Part shown: positions 40,131 to 53,187 of the stretch, one piece after another | Layout of the letters: every line of letters begins with the position of its first letter | Position numbering within the stretch: position 1 is the stretch's first letter | Origin: Felis catus | Taxonomy: Eukaryota | DNA length: 64,000 nucleotides | NCBI RefSeq assembly: GCF_018350175.1 | Contig: NC_058368.1 | Span: 172,300,001 to 172,364,000 of the forward strand | Reading direction: 5' to 3' | Made by a program: the position numbers and the translations under genes | The notes under the pieces: model-generated | Databases searched by the model: none | Seen by the model: only the letters and a program-made list of their open reading frames with translations | What the model was told of the DNA's origin: nothing

Positions 40131-43100
40131 TTCCGTAAACCGAGGTGGGAAGAAGGGGAAGGAGAGTCATGTGAGAAGAGGAAGGCGCATCACCAAATGC
40201 CGTGTGAGCTGGAGGCACAGCACAGGTCTAAGAAGGAAAGTGGGGGCTGCTGGCTGCACCGTGAGCCGATACAGGTTCAGACCCAAGGGAAGTAGGGGCA
40301 CTGTGGGTTTCCTTGTTCATAATATGTGTACATCTGACTTAAAACGGGTCTCTTACCATACAGAAATGGTATCACCCAGAGAAGGTGATTCAATTTGCTT
40401 GTGTCTCTGCTGGTGTAATTATTTGAACGTAAAAGGTTTTGGCATCTTCTTCCACCTTCCCCTGCCGTTCAGTATCTAACACCTAGTAGGTGCTCAGGTA
40501 TTTTAAAATAAAGTATTTAATACTTAAATTCTTTTAAAAATTAAAATATATTCAAAATATTATAATAAAAAACCTCAGAGAACTCCTAGGTTTCTTGAGA
40601 GGAATTAGGAACTAAAACTGTATCCCTGCTGACCCTTTAGAAACGTACATACATGACAAAATTATTTCTGAAGAAAGCAAGTCGACAATTGGTGTAAGAT
40701 TCAGGAGAGAGGTGACACTGGCTTGGGTTGGTAGGACGACACAGGTGGAGGTAAATATGGTCAGGTTTTAGTTTCTGAGCTGGGGGTGGGCTCACAAGTG
40801 TTAGTTGTTACACAGAAATAAAAGTGATGCAAGAGGGCCCTGTGTGAACCAGTAAAGAGGACGACATGAGCTATGATTGGCCCTATTCTGTGTACCCGGG
40901 GCTGAAAGTAAATAATAAACGAAACCACACAACATGTAGAACAGACGATCTGTAACACAGACTGTAGTAAAAATAAATTGCCAAGTTTCAAAGCCACCAT
41001 GTGTACGGCTTATGCAAAGGATCCTTCACCTGGAGTTCACACACCTTGGTCAGGATCTGCCAAATCCCCTGAAACTTGGACACAAATTGAACACGTGTGT
41101 ATTTCCTCTGGGAGGAAGGTTTGCAGCTTTCGGAATCCTGAAAGGATTCATTATCTAACACGAGTCACAAACAGGCTACGGGTTAAGCAGGGAAGCCCCA
41201 GCCTGGCAGCAGGGATTGCAACCATGGAGCACAAAGGAGTCTCAGGGCCACTGCAGGGGAAGAGGGGGAAGCTGCTGGAGACCCTCATGGATGAGATCAT
41301 TACTCCCCAAAGGTGCAGACTTCCTGAAGAAAATGATAAATGGTACAGAGAAGGATGCGACAGCTTGCCAATGCTGATCCCACCCTCTCTTCTCCTCATC
41401 TGCTTTTTTATGCAGGAACAACCATTAAAACTTCCTGAACTTTCTGAGGACAGTCCTGAAACCGAAGGGAGGTATTTTCCTGGCTTCTTTCAGGTGAAGG
41501 TCATTGATTTTCAAAGATAAAGTGGACATGGATTGTAACAACATTTGTGACGATGCCCAACAGGATTTTTATATTTTAGGCAATGTATAAGGCACTAGAA
41601 TAAAGACCCCTAACAGGGAAAAAGTGTACCTCCCAAGCTCGAGTGAAAAGAAATTTGCAATGACAAACTGACCCAGTGAACAAATTTTAATGTGAAATAT
41701 GGGAAGTGGAGAAAGACGCTTAGGTGAAACTTAAAACCTAGCTACAGAGGAAGGAAGGAAGATAGAATAACAGGGGATTCAAACCCAATAGGAAAGAATA
41801 AAAGGGAGCTGGAATGCCATCATAAATGCATGGACTATGGGTAATAAACACCATGAACCTGAATATATGAAGGAAAGGTGATCTCATACAAATCTAGCCT
41901 TGGTGGAAGCAACAGAATAGGAAGGGGCATCTTGTTCAAAGAAAGCCATCCAGAGAAGCGCATAGGAAAGCAGCCGTGTGTCAAGATGACAACTTCACAG
42001 TGGAACCACTTGTTGTTCTAAGAATACATCACTGCCTACATGTCCACAGATCCACTCCCCACTAGAACACTGTACAAAGGAGGGGCTAACAGGGTTCCTT
42101 CCAACACTAACACTTACTGGTTCAACTTAGAGAAATGTTCTACCATCTTCAACTTCCCAGCCCACTTAAGTTTAGACGTTGGGTCTATAAAGCAGACTGA
42201 GCTGACATAGAAAGCCCCTTACTTATTTCAAATATACAGTAATGTTAGATAAAACTTAAGAAAAAAAAATCTATCCAACCTCACCAGCAAGAGGGTCAAT
42301 TCCCAGAAACAAAGCAGAATTTCAAAGACAGAGCAATTAAGGGGTGTGAAGCTAGACAGCACCCCCAGAGCTATCTGGATGTGTCAGATGTGTCCAGGGG
42401 TGAGGTATGAAGACCTCTTAGCTGGCGGGGAACTAGCGCTGTCCTCCATAAACCCAGGAGAGGGAGATGACTTTTATCAGGTTCAATCTTTAAATATATT
42501 TGCATTTCTTCAACACAAACCAACTTGACCATGCAGTTGATGGGAGGCTAATTTTCTGCACTGGGTCATTGACAGGTCATCTGGAGTATGGCAGGTTGAG
42601 ATCAAACATTTCAATTCTCATTTTAACCACTACACATGGGGAAAAGCTTCTGATCTATCCCTCCAAAATTCATCTTCCGTTACATATGCTCAGATCTAGA
42701 GTTAGAAATGACTGGCCCACTGCAATCTAGCGTCCCACGCCCCTCCATAAATCAAGAGCTCCAAGTCAGATGAAACTGCATCTGTGGCTCCTTGCTGGTG
42801 ACTTACAAAATCCAAGAACCTATTAGCTTTTGTTTTTCTCCCCAGTTATGAGTGTTGTTAAACAAACGTCTTCTATTTCAGAGTTGATGCTTTTGACATT
42901 CTCCTTTTTTTGAACTTTTATTAAAATTTGAAAAAAAAATATTTTAACTCTATTCTGGATCATACTTCAACATTTTTAGGTGCTCCTTCACTTCAAAGTG
43001 AGTAATTTAATTACACAGGAAGGTTAGTTTAATAGAGGTTCATTAATGCCCAAGACACACATTCCTTTCTCTTTAAAAAGGGAAAGTCTTATTCTGCTAG

Positions 43101-43764
43101 AGGGACAGATTAAACCAACCAAGTTTTTACACTCAAGCTAATTGAGACCAGGGGAGCCAGGAATGAAGTGGTTTCCTGACGGGCCATCCAAGCAACATGC
43201 CATCAGACAGGCTACACTCACGCCAGCCAGGAAAGAGGTGACAGGGGCAAGGAATGGACTCCCCCCACCCCCCAACACACATACACCCTGTTCTCTTCAT
43301 CTTTGCACTCTTTCCTGCCCAATCCTTACTGGCTGCCAACACAACCAATTAAACAGCAAACTTTTCTTGCACCAAAACAAGTTTTCCTTCTTCCCTGACC
43401 CTGTACAACCTCTATCCTCCATTACTAATATCCCCCATTTACTGAAGCTACCAAACATCTGCTGTCTGCCTTCCTTGCCTTGGACACCTCTGAACAAATT
43501 GAGATGAATAGAACTCAATGTTCAGCTCTGCAAGGGGGGGGGAGGGGGGGAAGGGGAGAGCTGGAGAAGAAATTAAAAAAATAAAGCAACCTCTATCTTC
43601 CACCTGAAAGCACAGGGAGCTTCAGGAAGAAATGACTTCTTACTTTAAAAAAAAAAAAAAGGATTCGTCTAGTCCAAGCAGCCATTTTTTCAATCAAGAT
43701 TTGCCCAAATGAATTCTCCAGGACTCATAACCTACAGTGGAGAGTTCCGTCATTCAGAGTTTAC

Positions 43765-43907
43765 CTTGAAAGGTGTTCTGCAGCCACCATCAATTTCCAA
43801 TCTTTATTGACAATGTACACACAGAACTGGTCCACAGATTCATCTCTATAGTTCCTTTTTTTGGTCATGTTCACTTATTAATGGTCATTCAGATGTATCT
43901 ACAGTGT
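43765..43907 (-). other. Candidate 143-nt spliced exon (5' UTR or start-containing) of an unidentified host gene
   Basis: Minus strand: tgtgtctccaccacag|ACACTG...TTCAAG|gtaaac in unique, non-repeat sequence. All three frames stop near the 5' end, but an internal ATG at 43868 stays open to the donor. Confidence 0.3.
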
Positions 43908-44684
43908 CTGTGGTGGAGACACATAAACACACATGCCTTGTCCACCTGGCCGGCAGCACGACCTCATATACACCGAGTGCTGCCGTCTAAGGCTGGGGAC
44001 AAAACTTAAGGCAAAGACCAGAAAACTATCCTCCTTTCCTAGAGAGATGAGACCTCAGGACTTCTGTCCCCATTGCCCCCCACCCCAAATACCCTCCATT
44101 TCCCATACCCCCAGTCCCAATTCAGACAAAAATTGGCCATTTTTGCACTTTTTCTAGTAGCATAGAAGCTCCCGACTAACTATATGGAGCCCGTGAAAGA
44201 ACAGTGACTTAATATCCTTAACCCTGTTTTTCTCACCCACACCAACAATGCCTGCTCACTGCCAACTTTCAACGGGACCTTAAATGATGCCCAATCTGGA
44301 GAAATAGTATTTGTGACTGCTGGCTACTCGTAACACATATACAATTTCCTCTCTTCCTGAGCCACCAAGACAGGTGATCTTCTGGTGGCCAACCCCCTTT
44401 GCATCTGCACAGAGAAGCCCGCACTCAGGACCAGAGGCTGAGGTCCTATGTTCCAGCTGGGGCCTCACTCTTCCACGCCCATGGATCTGCCCAGGGGCTC
44501 TCAGCTGTGTGTACCTGGGGCCTGGGACAGAGATTAGCTTCTCAGGTTCCTACCTTGTCAAGGGCTGCTATTCTCCTCGCCTGGCGTGGAGTGGAGTCTT
44601 TACCAACCCAGAGGTGTGGGTGTGGTGGCGGCACAGTCCAGGGATTGGCCTTGCTGTCCGCCCGTGCAGTAGCCTTTTAATGAA

Positions 44685-45070
44685 CTCAGTGACTCAGCAG
44701 CGTCCCCTTCCCCCCACTGGCCTCCCACCTCACTCCACTCAATTGCAGTGATGCCCATGTGACAGCGCGTTGTCTCCACCGAGACTAATCCCATATCAAT
44801 AAGAGCTTTCAGCACGACCCAGACCAGATTACTCTGTCTCACAACCACTTTGCTGACCTTCCCCGGGGGCCAGAGAATACTCCCCCAGCGCGTACTATTT
44901 ACAGAAGAGTCGACATAAGCCGGATCGCTTGGTGTGATGATTTCACTTCCAAAGTTTGTGGCTTTAACAAAGCAACTCGGCAACCAATATTCAACCACAC
45001 AACCAGGCACTGTGCAAGCCACCAGGATGAGAAAACTACGTCGGGTTTCACACAGAGGCAGTGATAAAAA
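44685..45070. promoter_or_regulatory. Candidate enhancer (ARE/AP-1, ETS-IRF, RUNX and GATA motifs; CpG retained)
   Basis: GTGACTCAGCA at 44689-44699; GGAAGTGAAA (minus) at 44941-44950; AACCACA at 44993-44999; TGATAA at ~45062; locally many CpGs. Confidence 0.45.
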
Positions 45071-46367
45071 TCATTCTTGGGCTCCATAAAAGAGTACATA
45101 CATCACCACTACCACCAGATCAAAAGATTACGTAATAAAAGCTGCATATGAAATGGCAGGTTAAGAGGGGCTCAAAACCACCAGATGTCTGGGCTTTGCT
45201 ATTAGATTTCTTTGACAATAGACCCAAGGCAAGGCAACATGGCATTTTATTCTCAGATTAATCTAGACTAAGTACGATGCATTTTTGTTAAAGAATGCTA
45301 AAACAATTACTAAGATTTTTCATATCCAAACTAGTCTAAAGCACTCCTTAACCAGAGGTAAATGAAACTAACCTTGAGAGAAAGTGCCAGGGAACCAAAC
45401 TGAGTACAGATCAATCTTCTCTACTTTCTCATCTTTCTCCAGCAATTTTTATCCTGTTCTTAAAATGTGATGGCTGGCACAGGGGAACACTGGTCTCTCT
45501 CCACAGCCTTTTTGAGCAGATAAGATAAATAAGAGGGATGAGTACACAGCCTACAAACTGTCAGGGAGATCTCTGGGTGTTCCCAGAGAACCATTAACAT
45601 ACATGCCTGGAGAGGCAGTCTTGAGATTTTGTAAGAACAGTTTAATCAGCATTACGCTTAAGAACAAGAATGTGAGGCCATATATAAAGTCGTCACAAAG
45701 GATTTTTCCAGCACTCAATGTTAAGTTACGAAGCCGGCTTGGCAGATGAAGCTCTTTGCACACAGAGCTCTCTCCCTCAAAAAAGCTCTACTTATTGATC
45801 TTGAACACAAACGTTTTTAGCTCTAAAACTGTGATGATAGCAATTCAAAATTCAACCTCTTTTCCTCAGAAATACACAAAGATTAAAAAAAAAATGCACC
45901 AAATAAAAATTTACTTTGACTATTGAAATACCTGAAGCTTATATTCCAGCCTCTATTCCAACCAGTGGGGCGGCTCTGAGGGGTGCTGGGGCAAACACTA
46001 CAGAGGAGAAAGCCTGGGGGGAGAGCCGCTCTCTCCAGGCAGGAAAACAGAAGGGGAGAGCAGAGATGCCAAGAAACCAGGAGAAATTAAGGGGAGATTC
46101 ATTCCAAAGGGGTTTGCTTTCTGTCTGACAATTACTACCAGAAGGGAAGCTAATTCCAACGACTTTCTGATCACAATGCCTTCTGCACTTTGTCAGATAT
46201 TAGACCTCGGATTCAAGGTGGATTAATTTGGAAACTTAAACTGAATCCATTTTGAAGTCTTAATTTTATATGCACCAACAGATAAATGCGAACAGGTAAT
46301 GGTAGATCCACAAATACTTAGTGGGAAAGTGGAAATGTCCCTAACTTTCCCCTAAACACATGACAAG

Positions 46368-46424
46368 GCTGACACAGGCAGACGAAGCTGACACAGGCAG
46401 ACGAGGCTGACACAGGCAGTCGGG
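46368..46424 (+). repeat. 19-bp minisatellite, 3 copies
   Basis: gctgacacaggcagacgaa / gctgacacaggcagacgag / gctgacacaggcagtcggg. Confidence 0.92.
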
Positions 46425-47878
46425 GGCTGGCGTATGGTTTTACAGACAAAGCAGCAGGGGTTTCCATCACAAGGTTGCTGCTCACTGTTGGTTAAGGAGG
46501 CAGGCAATCCAAGTGCCGATCTTGGTCTTTTTCCTTCTTTCTCCTTTCTCCTGACTCCTGCCTCACTAGCATTTTCCTCAACGAGTCCCTAAAACATGAT
46601 GTGTTTTATGCTGGCGAGATGGAGGCGCTGCCTGAAGCTTTTACATTAAGTGCTGAAATGGAAATCAACTGATAGAGTGCAAAGAGTCAGAAGAGGGGGG
46701 TTGGAGACAGAAGAGTCAACAGCCACAGGCTTGTGCGCAAGGAGTGTGACTTTTGAGACTTCATTTCCTCAGCTATAATGAGGACATTACCTGCCCTGCT
46801 TGCTTCCTTCATGGGACTGACCTGGAGCCTCTATGGGTCAAGTCCACGAACATGGCTTTGTATCATCGAGAAAGGGCCTCAACAGGATAAAGGAGACAAA
46901 GCCTGAGACCCAGCTTGCCATGTCCCTTGTGCACTTTTCTTCCCGTTTAGGCCATTTGTAAAGCGTGGATTGTCATTCCTGCTCTGTGTACCTGCCAGTG
47001 TCAACATGGAGCTTGAACAATGCACTTGAAAATGAATGTTACAAAACAAGATACTATCACAGGGCACATTCTTATCAGTCCTAAAAACTCTACGTTTTTA
47101 AAATATAAGTAAATAGTTCTAAGATTGAAATAAAGTCTTAAAGAATATTTTTATATTGTACTCCAAGGGGAAAAAATGCACTTGCTTTAAATAAGGGAAA
47201 TCTAATAGTTTCAAATTGATGGATTAAGGGGGTGAGGGGTGGGGGTGGGGAATAAAACATTCTCCCAAGTACGACTACTGCATTAGAACTAAAGGTGTGA
47301 AGAGAAGCTCAGTTGACGTGGTGCACAGACCAGCTGTGGAACCCAGCACTGTTCTACAAGACATTTGAAGGATACACAGGGATCCTGCTGTCCCGGCCTG
47401 TGAGGTTCTATCCAGCCGTTTTGCCAGCAGGGAGAAAGGCCAGATGCAGCACACAGACACCGTGCGCTGGCACCCAGCACAAACAACCACACAACTGGAG
47501 AACTCATTCAGTCCTGCAGGACTGCCCTAGACCCTCAAGTTTAGAATGACGGATATCACTGGAGCCTGGACTCATTCAGTTCGAGCATCTCGTTTTACAG
47601 ATCGGGCAACTGAGGCTTGGCAGCACAATGAAGGCACTTCCTTGGGAAAGGTAGCATCCCAGCTCCACTGAGCACCCTCCCCATCCGCTCCACTAACCTG
47701 GGATGCTTATTGTCACCTAGCTGTAACTGTACTGTTTGCCCACTTGCCAATATGTGTATACACACCAAAAGACCTTAAATTATCTTAAGGCATTTTCTCC
47801 TCCCAGCTTGATCAAAATCTTTGTTCCCTTATCCTTTCCTTAATTATTTTCTAAATATTTAAATATTTCAGCTGCGTT

Positions 47879-48094
47879 GGGGGCCTCGATGGCTCAGTCA
47901 GCTAAGCGTCCAACTTCTGCTTGGGTTATGGTATCACAGCTTGTGGGTTTGAGCCCTGCACTGACCCATGTACTAACAGCTTGGAGCCTGGAGCCCGCTT
48001 CAAATTCTGTGTCTCCCCCTCTCTCTGTCCCTTCCCCACTCACGTGGGCTCTCTCTCTCTCTCTCAAAAATAAATAAACATTAAAAAATTTAAA
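47879..48094 (+). mobile_element. CanSINE
   Basis: Diverged SINE head, CT tract, aataaa tail. Confidence 0.93.
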
Positions 48095-48215
48095 AATATA
48101 CTTCAGGTGCTTTCAGGAGCCCTAGAGCCTTGAATAGTTTTGAACTTATAAAATAGGTAAATTAGGTAATTAGTCTATGAATCCTTCCTATATAGCTCCT
48201 TGTGGTTTCCATAAC

Positions 48216-48427
48216 TTTTTTCCTTTTTTTTCTCTTTTTAAAAAATATTTATTTTTAACTTATTTTTGAGAGGGGGAGAGAGGCAGAGAGAGAAGGGAGA
48301 AAGAGAATCCCAAGCAGGCTCTGAGCACAAAGCCCAACATGGGGCTTGAACCCATAAACTGTGAGATCATGACCCGAGCCAAAATCAAGAGTCAGATGCT
48401 TAACCAACTGAGCCACCCCGGTGCCCC
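48216..48427 (-). mobile_element. CanSINE
   Basis: Reverse-complement SINE; flanking tccataa duplicated. Confidence 0.93.
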
Positions 48428-48714
48428 TCCATAAGCTTTTTTCTCACCTGACCCTCACAATAGCTCTGTGATGTAGGCAGGGCAAGGATTATTTCCCTAA
48501 TTTATGTGGTGCTCTAGAGAGGTCAAATCATTTATCTGGTACCAGAACCAGAGTTAGACCCAGGTCCTCCAACCAAAACCTTGGCCTTTCTTTCTCCATT
48601 CATCCACATTGGGAGCCTATTATACACCAGGCACAGCGGGACAAAGGTGGACAAAACAGAGCTCAGGTTTTCAGGGAGCTGGCATCTACTGGACACACAC
48701 AGAAGTTACAAACA

Positions 48715-48920
48715 CATGGCTTCGGGGGCTAGAAGCTTTGGGGTCAGACTCACATTTGAAACCAGACTCCAATATTTACCAGTTATGTCAACATGGCAAG
48801 CCATGAGCAAGTATCTTTAAACTGAGGTTTCCTCCTCTCATAGGACCTGCCTCCAGGATCACAGGAGCTAACAGATGAGAGATATTTAGCACAGGGCCCA
48901 GTTCACAGTAAAGCATCAGG
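48715..48920 (+). mobile_element. MIR
   Basis: gctttggggtcagac...agcaagtatctttaa...ttagcacagggcc. Confidence 0.6.
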
Positions 48921-50277
48921 TACACTCTGTTTTAATTAACATTAGCATAGTACAACATACAAAGGTCATTATTGGAGCAGGGCCCAAGGACACCCATACT
49001 TGATTTGGGAGACAGGGCTTCTGGAGGAAATGAATCTTAGAGAATGGCTCTAATGAAAGGGTTGTCATATAAAAGGATCTTCTTTTCATCTGTCCATCCA
49101 TGTAGCTATCCTGTGCCTACTCTGAGCACAGCGCTTTACAAAATGATTCTCAGCAGGGCTCCCTTGAACAAGCGTTTTCCTAGAATACTTAAAATATGAG
49201 CTCATTTATAAGAGTTATACTCACAACTTTTCAGAGTTACACCTACTGGGTGAAATGAGGCATAGCTGCATGGTAATAGCTTAAGAGATAGACACCTATA
49301 AAAAGAACCTCAACGAAAGACTTGTGTTAGCAATACAAAAAAAATGCTTCCCCCCACCCCCAAGGCTCGACATTAGAGTGGCCTGCTGAAAGAGGACCTT
49401 ACTCTCATAGCAGAGGTGGAGCCTGAGAAGTTTGAGAGTTCAGTCATGTTTGAACCTCACCTTCCATTTGAAGGAAGAGATTTTACCTGGCTAAATGCTT
49501 ACACATAGGCAATATTTGCTTACCAAAGGTAACGTAGATAATAATCCCACAGTTTCCACTTCGTGCTATGATTTCAACTTCCTCCCCATTTATACATTTC
49601 AACTCACCTGCTCCTGGTATCTAAAGAAGCTAACGTGGATGTAGTAAAGATAAGGACAAAATGGGCTAGCCTATGAATTGTTTTTTAAGAAAAAAGTTCT
49701 GCTACTAAAGATATAAGAAAGTCACAAAGTATGATAATTCGTAAGCTGGATAATTCAAATTCATAATAAATCAATCCTTTGCATGGCCAACTTTAGGAGA
49801 AGGAAGTTGGCATCTATCTGTGCTTTAACCCAATGGACAAGATTAACTTCTTTCTACAAAGTTCCTAAATCTTATGCAGAAGAAAAACTACCAACTTTCA
49901 AGAATACCCAGAAGCTATTTATAGCTGCCTCCCAGATGGCTCTCATCTGTCTCAGGCTGCAGCCCTGTAAAAAAAATGAGGGACCAAATCCTTTGGATAA
50001 TGATCTTTGTAACTTTCTTCAACCTGATGCTTTGAGATGGGAGATTTTCCTTCTACTCTGAAATGAGGTGAAAGAACTGAAGAAGAAAAAAAAAGACCCA
50101 CAAGTTTTTAACCATAACAAATATAATTGCCGTGAAGAAGCTAACACTTGCTTTTAAGTGTACCAGAAACGGAGACAAAGAGGAAGAAGTCACAGAAATT
50201 TTAGCAAACAACAGTACCACATTAAAAAGTAAAAACACCCGTTTCTTAAAAAAAATTAAAGAACTGAATCTTTTAAG

Positions 50278-50491
50278 TTTTTTTTTTTTTTTTTAGTGTT
50301 TATTTATTTTTGAAGGAGACAGAGTGCAAGGTGGGAAGGAGCAGTGAGGGAGGGAGACACAGAATCCAAAGCAGGCTCCAGGCTCCAAGCTGTCAGCACA
50401 GAGCCCGACGCGGGGCTCTAACTCACAAACCATGAGATCATGACTTGAGCCGAAGTCGGATGCTTAACCAACTGAGCCACCCAGGCGCCCC
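50278..50491 (-). mobile_element. Feline SINEC whose left TSD is inverted
   Basis: Reverse-complement SINE; flanks 50257-50274 and 50492-50509 are exact reverse complements. Confidence 0.96.
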
Positions 50492-51599
50492 AAAAGATTC
50501 AGTTCTTTACAGATACATCTCTTGCCTGAAGAATTATAGAGGTCCCTACTGTATTACCCAAACACAATGTCACCAACAACATGGCCACAAAAATGCTGGC
50601 CTGTGTTTCTTAATGCTCTAATGTATTACAAACTCACCATAAAATTCAGAGGCCTAAAACTGAGGTCAGATTCTGAAGTCATTCTGTGAGGGGTTAAGGG
50701 ATGTGGTGTACATCCATATCCTATAGTGATCTAATTTTATCCAAGAGCAGATCCTAAAATACTTCAAGAAGTGAATACGATTGCCTCTTAAGTTACTTCC
50801 TCTAAATATCATCTCTTATAACTAGGGTTTTTAAAGAAGCTGTATATCCAACAGAATAAGATTATATTCTGTATCAAGGGTCTGGGTTTTCCTGACAGGT
50901 TCTTACATCTCAAGATTGATGTTTTAAGTAATTCATTAACTCATGCATACAGAACTTACTCAGATTTTAGGGAATACTTGACATGTTTACCTGAAGTCGT
51001 AAAGAACAAACTTATTAAAATGCTTTAGAAGTAGAGAAAGTAAGGCTTCAGAAATTATTTTCATTCCCAAAATGTTATTGTTCCCAACTGTCATATATCA
51101 ACGGTTCCCAATCAGCCATGCTCTGCTTAAGCAATGCAAGAAAACACCAGACTGTGCCTAAGGCAATTCCACTGGGTTCCTCCAAACAGAGCCCATAAAG
51201 ACTACAAAGGAAATAGAAGGATGACAGAATGTACAGTTACTTTAGACCTATCCTGATTTCCTTTAGGCTTTGGATACATGACTACCTTTATGGCTGCAAT
51301 AATTTTATTATAAAGGCCCAGTACAGAAATTTCTTCTGGGAAAAAGTTTTATATTAAGTTGTCAAGCAAAAAGCAAGGTATGTTTTTTTCTCATTCAAGG
51401 CCACCACTGCACTCAGAACAGGAAAGGAGCTGCTTTCAAACATTAGACCATAGCCCCTGGTGTCTGTTCATCTACTAACACTCTCCTTCCATGGCTTTTC
51501 CTATAAGGAATCATCTACTTCCTGGGATATCATGTTTTGGTTAAGTTCCACATTCATCTTACCTATTGTCCAGGGGGGTGGGAGGGAACACCAAATCTG

Positions 51600-51602
51600 G
51601 CG

Positions 51603-51650
<48 letters not shown>
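51600..51650. repeat. (CG)5(CA)20 alternating purine-pyrimidine microsatellite
   Basis: Read directly from the sequence. Confidence 0.97.
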
Positions 51651-51654
<4 letters not shown>

Positions 51655-51790
51655 TGGAAGTAGAGAGAAGTAGATAATGTTTTTGTTAAATTTGTAAATG
51701 AATGTGTCTACAGGCTATTTCATTTTTGCTTATAAAAATGGTGTCCATACTTATAGCCATTTTTGTCAACAGTGATCAGATTTGTAAGAT

Positions 51791-53150
51791 TTAATGCCAA
51801 TAGCATTTTTCACAGAACTAGAACAAACAATCCCAAGATTTATATGGTACCATAAAAGACCCCAAATAGCCAAAGCAATCTTGAAAAAGAGGAACAACAC
51901 TGGAGGTCTCACAATCCCTGATTTCAAGATCTACTACAAAGTTGTAGTAATCAAAGCAGTATGGTCCTGGCATTTTAAAAAAAAAAAAAGGCACAAAAGT
52001 TCACAAAGACCAGAAAACCCAGAAGTAAACCCTCAACTATATGGTCAATTAATCTTTGACAGAGGAGGAATGAATATACAGTGAGAAAAAGACAGTCTCT
52101 TCAACAAATGGTGTTGGGAAAACTGGACAACAACATGCAAAAGAATGAGACTGGACCACTTTCTTACACCATACACAAAAAAACCCTCAAAATGGATTAT
52201 GGACATAACTGAGACATGAAACCATAATAATCCAAGAGGAGAGCACAAGCAGTAATTTCTCTGACTTCAGCTGTAGCAACCTTTTTCTACATAGGTCTCC
52301 TGAGGCGAGGGAAATAAAAGCAAAACTAAACTACTGGGACTACATGAAAAATAAGCTTCTGCACAGCAAAGGAAATAACAAAATTAAAAGAGAACCAACT
52401 GAATGGGAAAATGACATATCTGATAAAGGGTTAGTACCCAAAATATATAAAGAACTTACAAAACTCAACACCCAAAAAACAAACAATCCAATTAAATAAT
52501 GGGCAGAAGACATGAACAGACATTTCTCTGAAGTTGACATCCAGATGGCCAACAGACACATGAAAAAACGCTCAATATCACTCACCATCAGGAAAATGCA
52601 AATCAAAGCCACAATGAGACACCACCTCACACATGTCAGAATGGCTAAAATCAAAAACACAATAAACAACAAGTGTTGGTGAGGATATGGAGTGAAAAGA
52701 ACCCTCGTGCACTGTTAGTGGGAATGCAAACTGGTGCAGCCATTGTGGAAAACAGGGAGGTTCCTCAAAAAATTAAAAATAGAATTACTGTAGGGCACCT
52801 GCGTGGCTCAGTTGAGCGTCCAACTTCGGCTCAGGTCATGATTTTGTGGTTTGTGAGTTCAAATCCCCATCAGGCTCTCTGTTGTCAGTGCAGAGCCTGC
52901 TTTGGATCCTCTGCCCCCCTCTGCCTGCCCCTACCTGCCTCTCACACACATACTCTCTCAAAAATAAATAAACATTAAAAAAAAAAAAAAGAATTACCAT
53001 ACAACCCAGTAATCACAACAAATACAAAACCGAGAATTCAAAAGGATACATGCACCCCTATGTTTATAGCAGCATTATTTACAATAGCCAAGATATGGAA
53101 GCAGCTCAAGTGTTCATCAATAGATGAATGGATAAAGATGTGGCGTGTGT

Positions 53151-53187
<37 letters not shown>

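Noticed and set aside
40978..41520. 180-aa ORF including a plus-strand acceptor/donor pair near 41416-41471
   Set aside because: No recognisable protein, weak donor (gtattt), and opposite to the inferred host strand.
44600..45022. 140-aa minus-strand ORF
   Set aside because: Non-ATG start, no recognisable domain and no clear exon boundaries; better explained as regulatory DNA.
47228..47250. G-quadruplex-like G-runs (also ~43534-43556 and C-runs at ~60602-60625)
   Set aside because: Common low-complexity motifs with no supporting context.
39437..47878. 8.4-kb SINE-free gap as evidence of constraint
   Set aside because: With about 31 SINEs in 64 kb, one gap this long is not improbable by chance.
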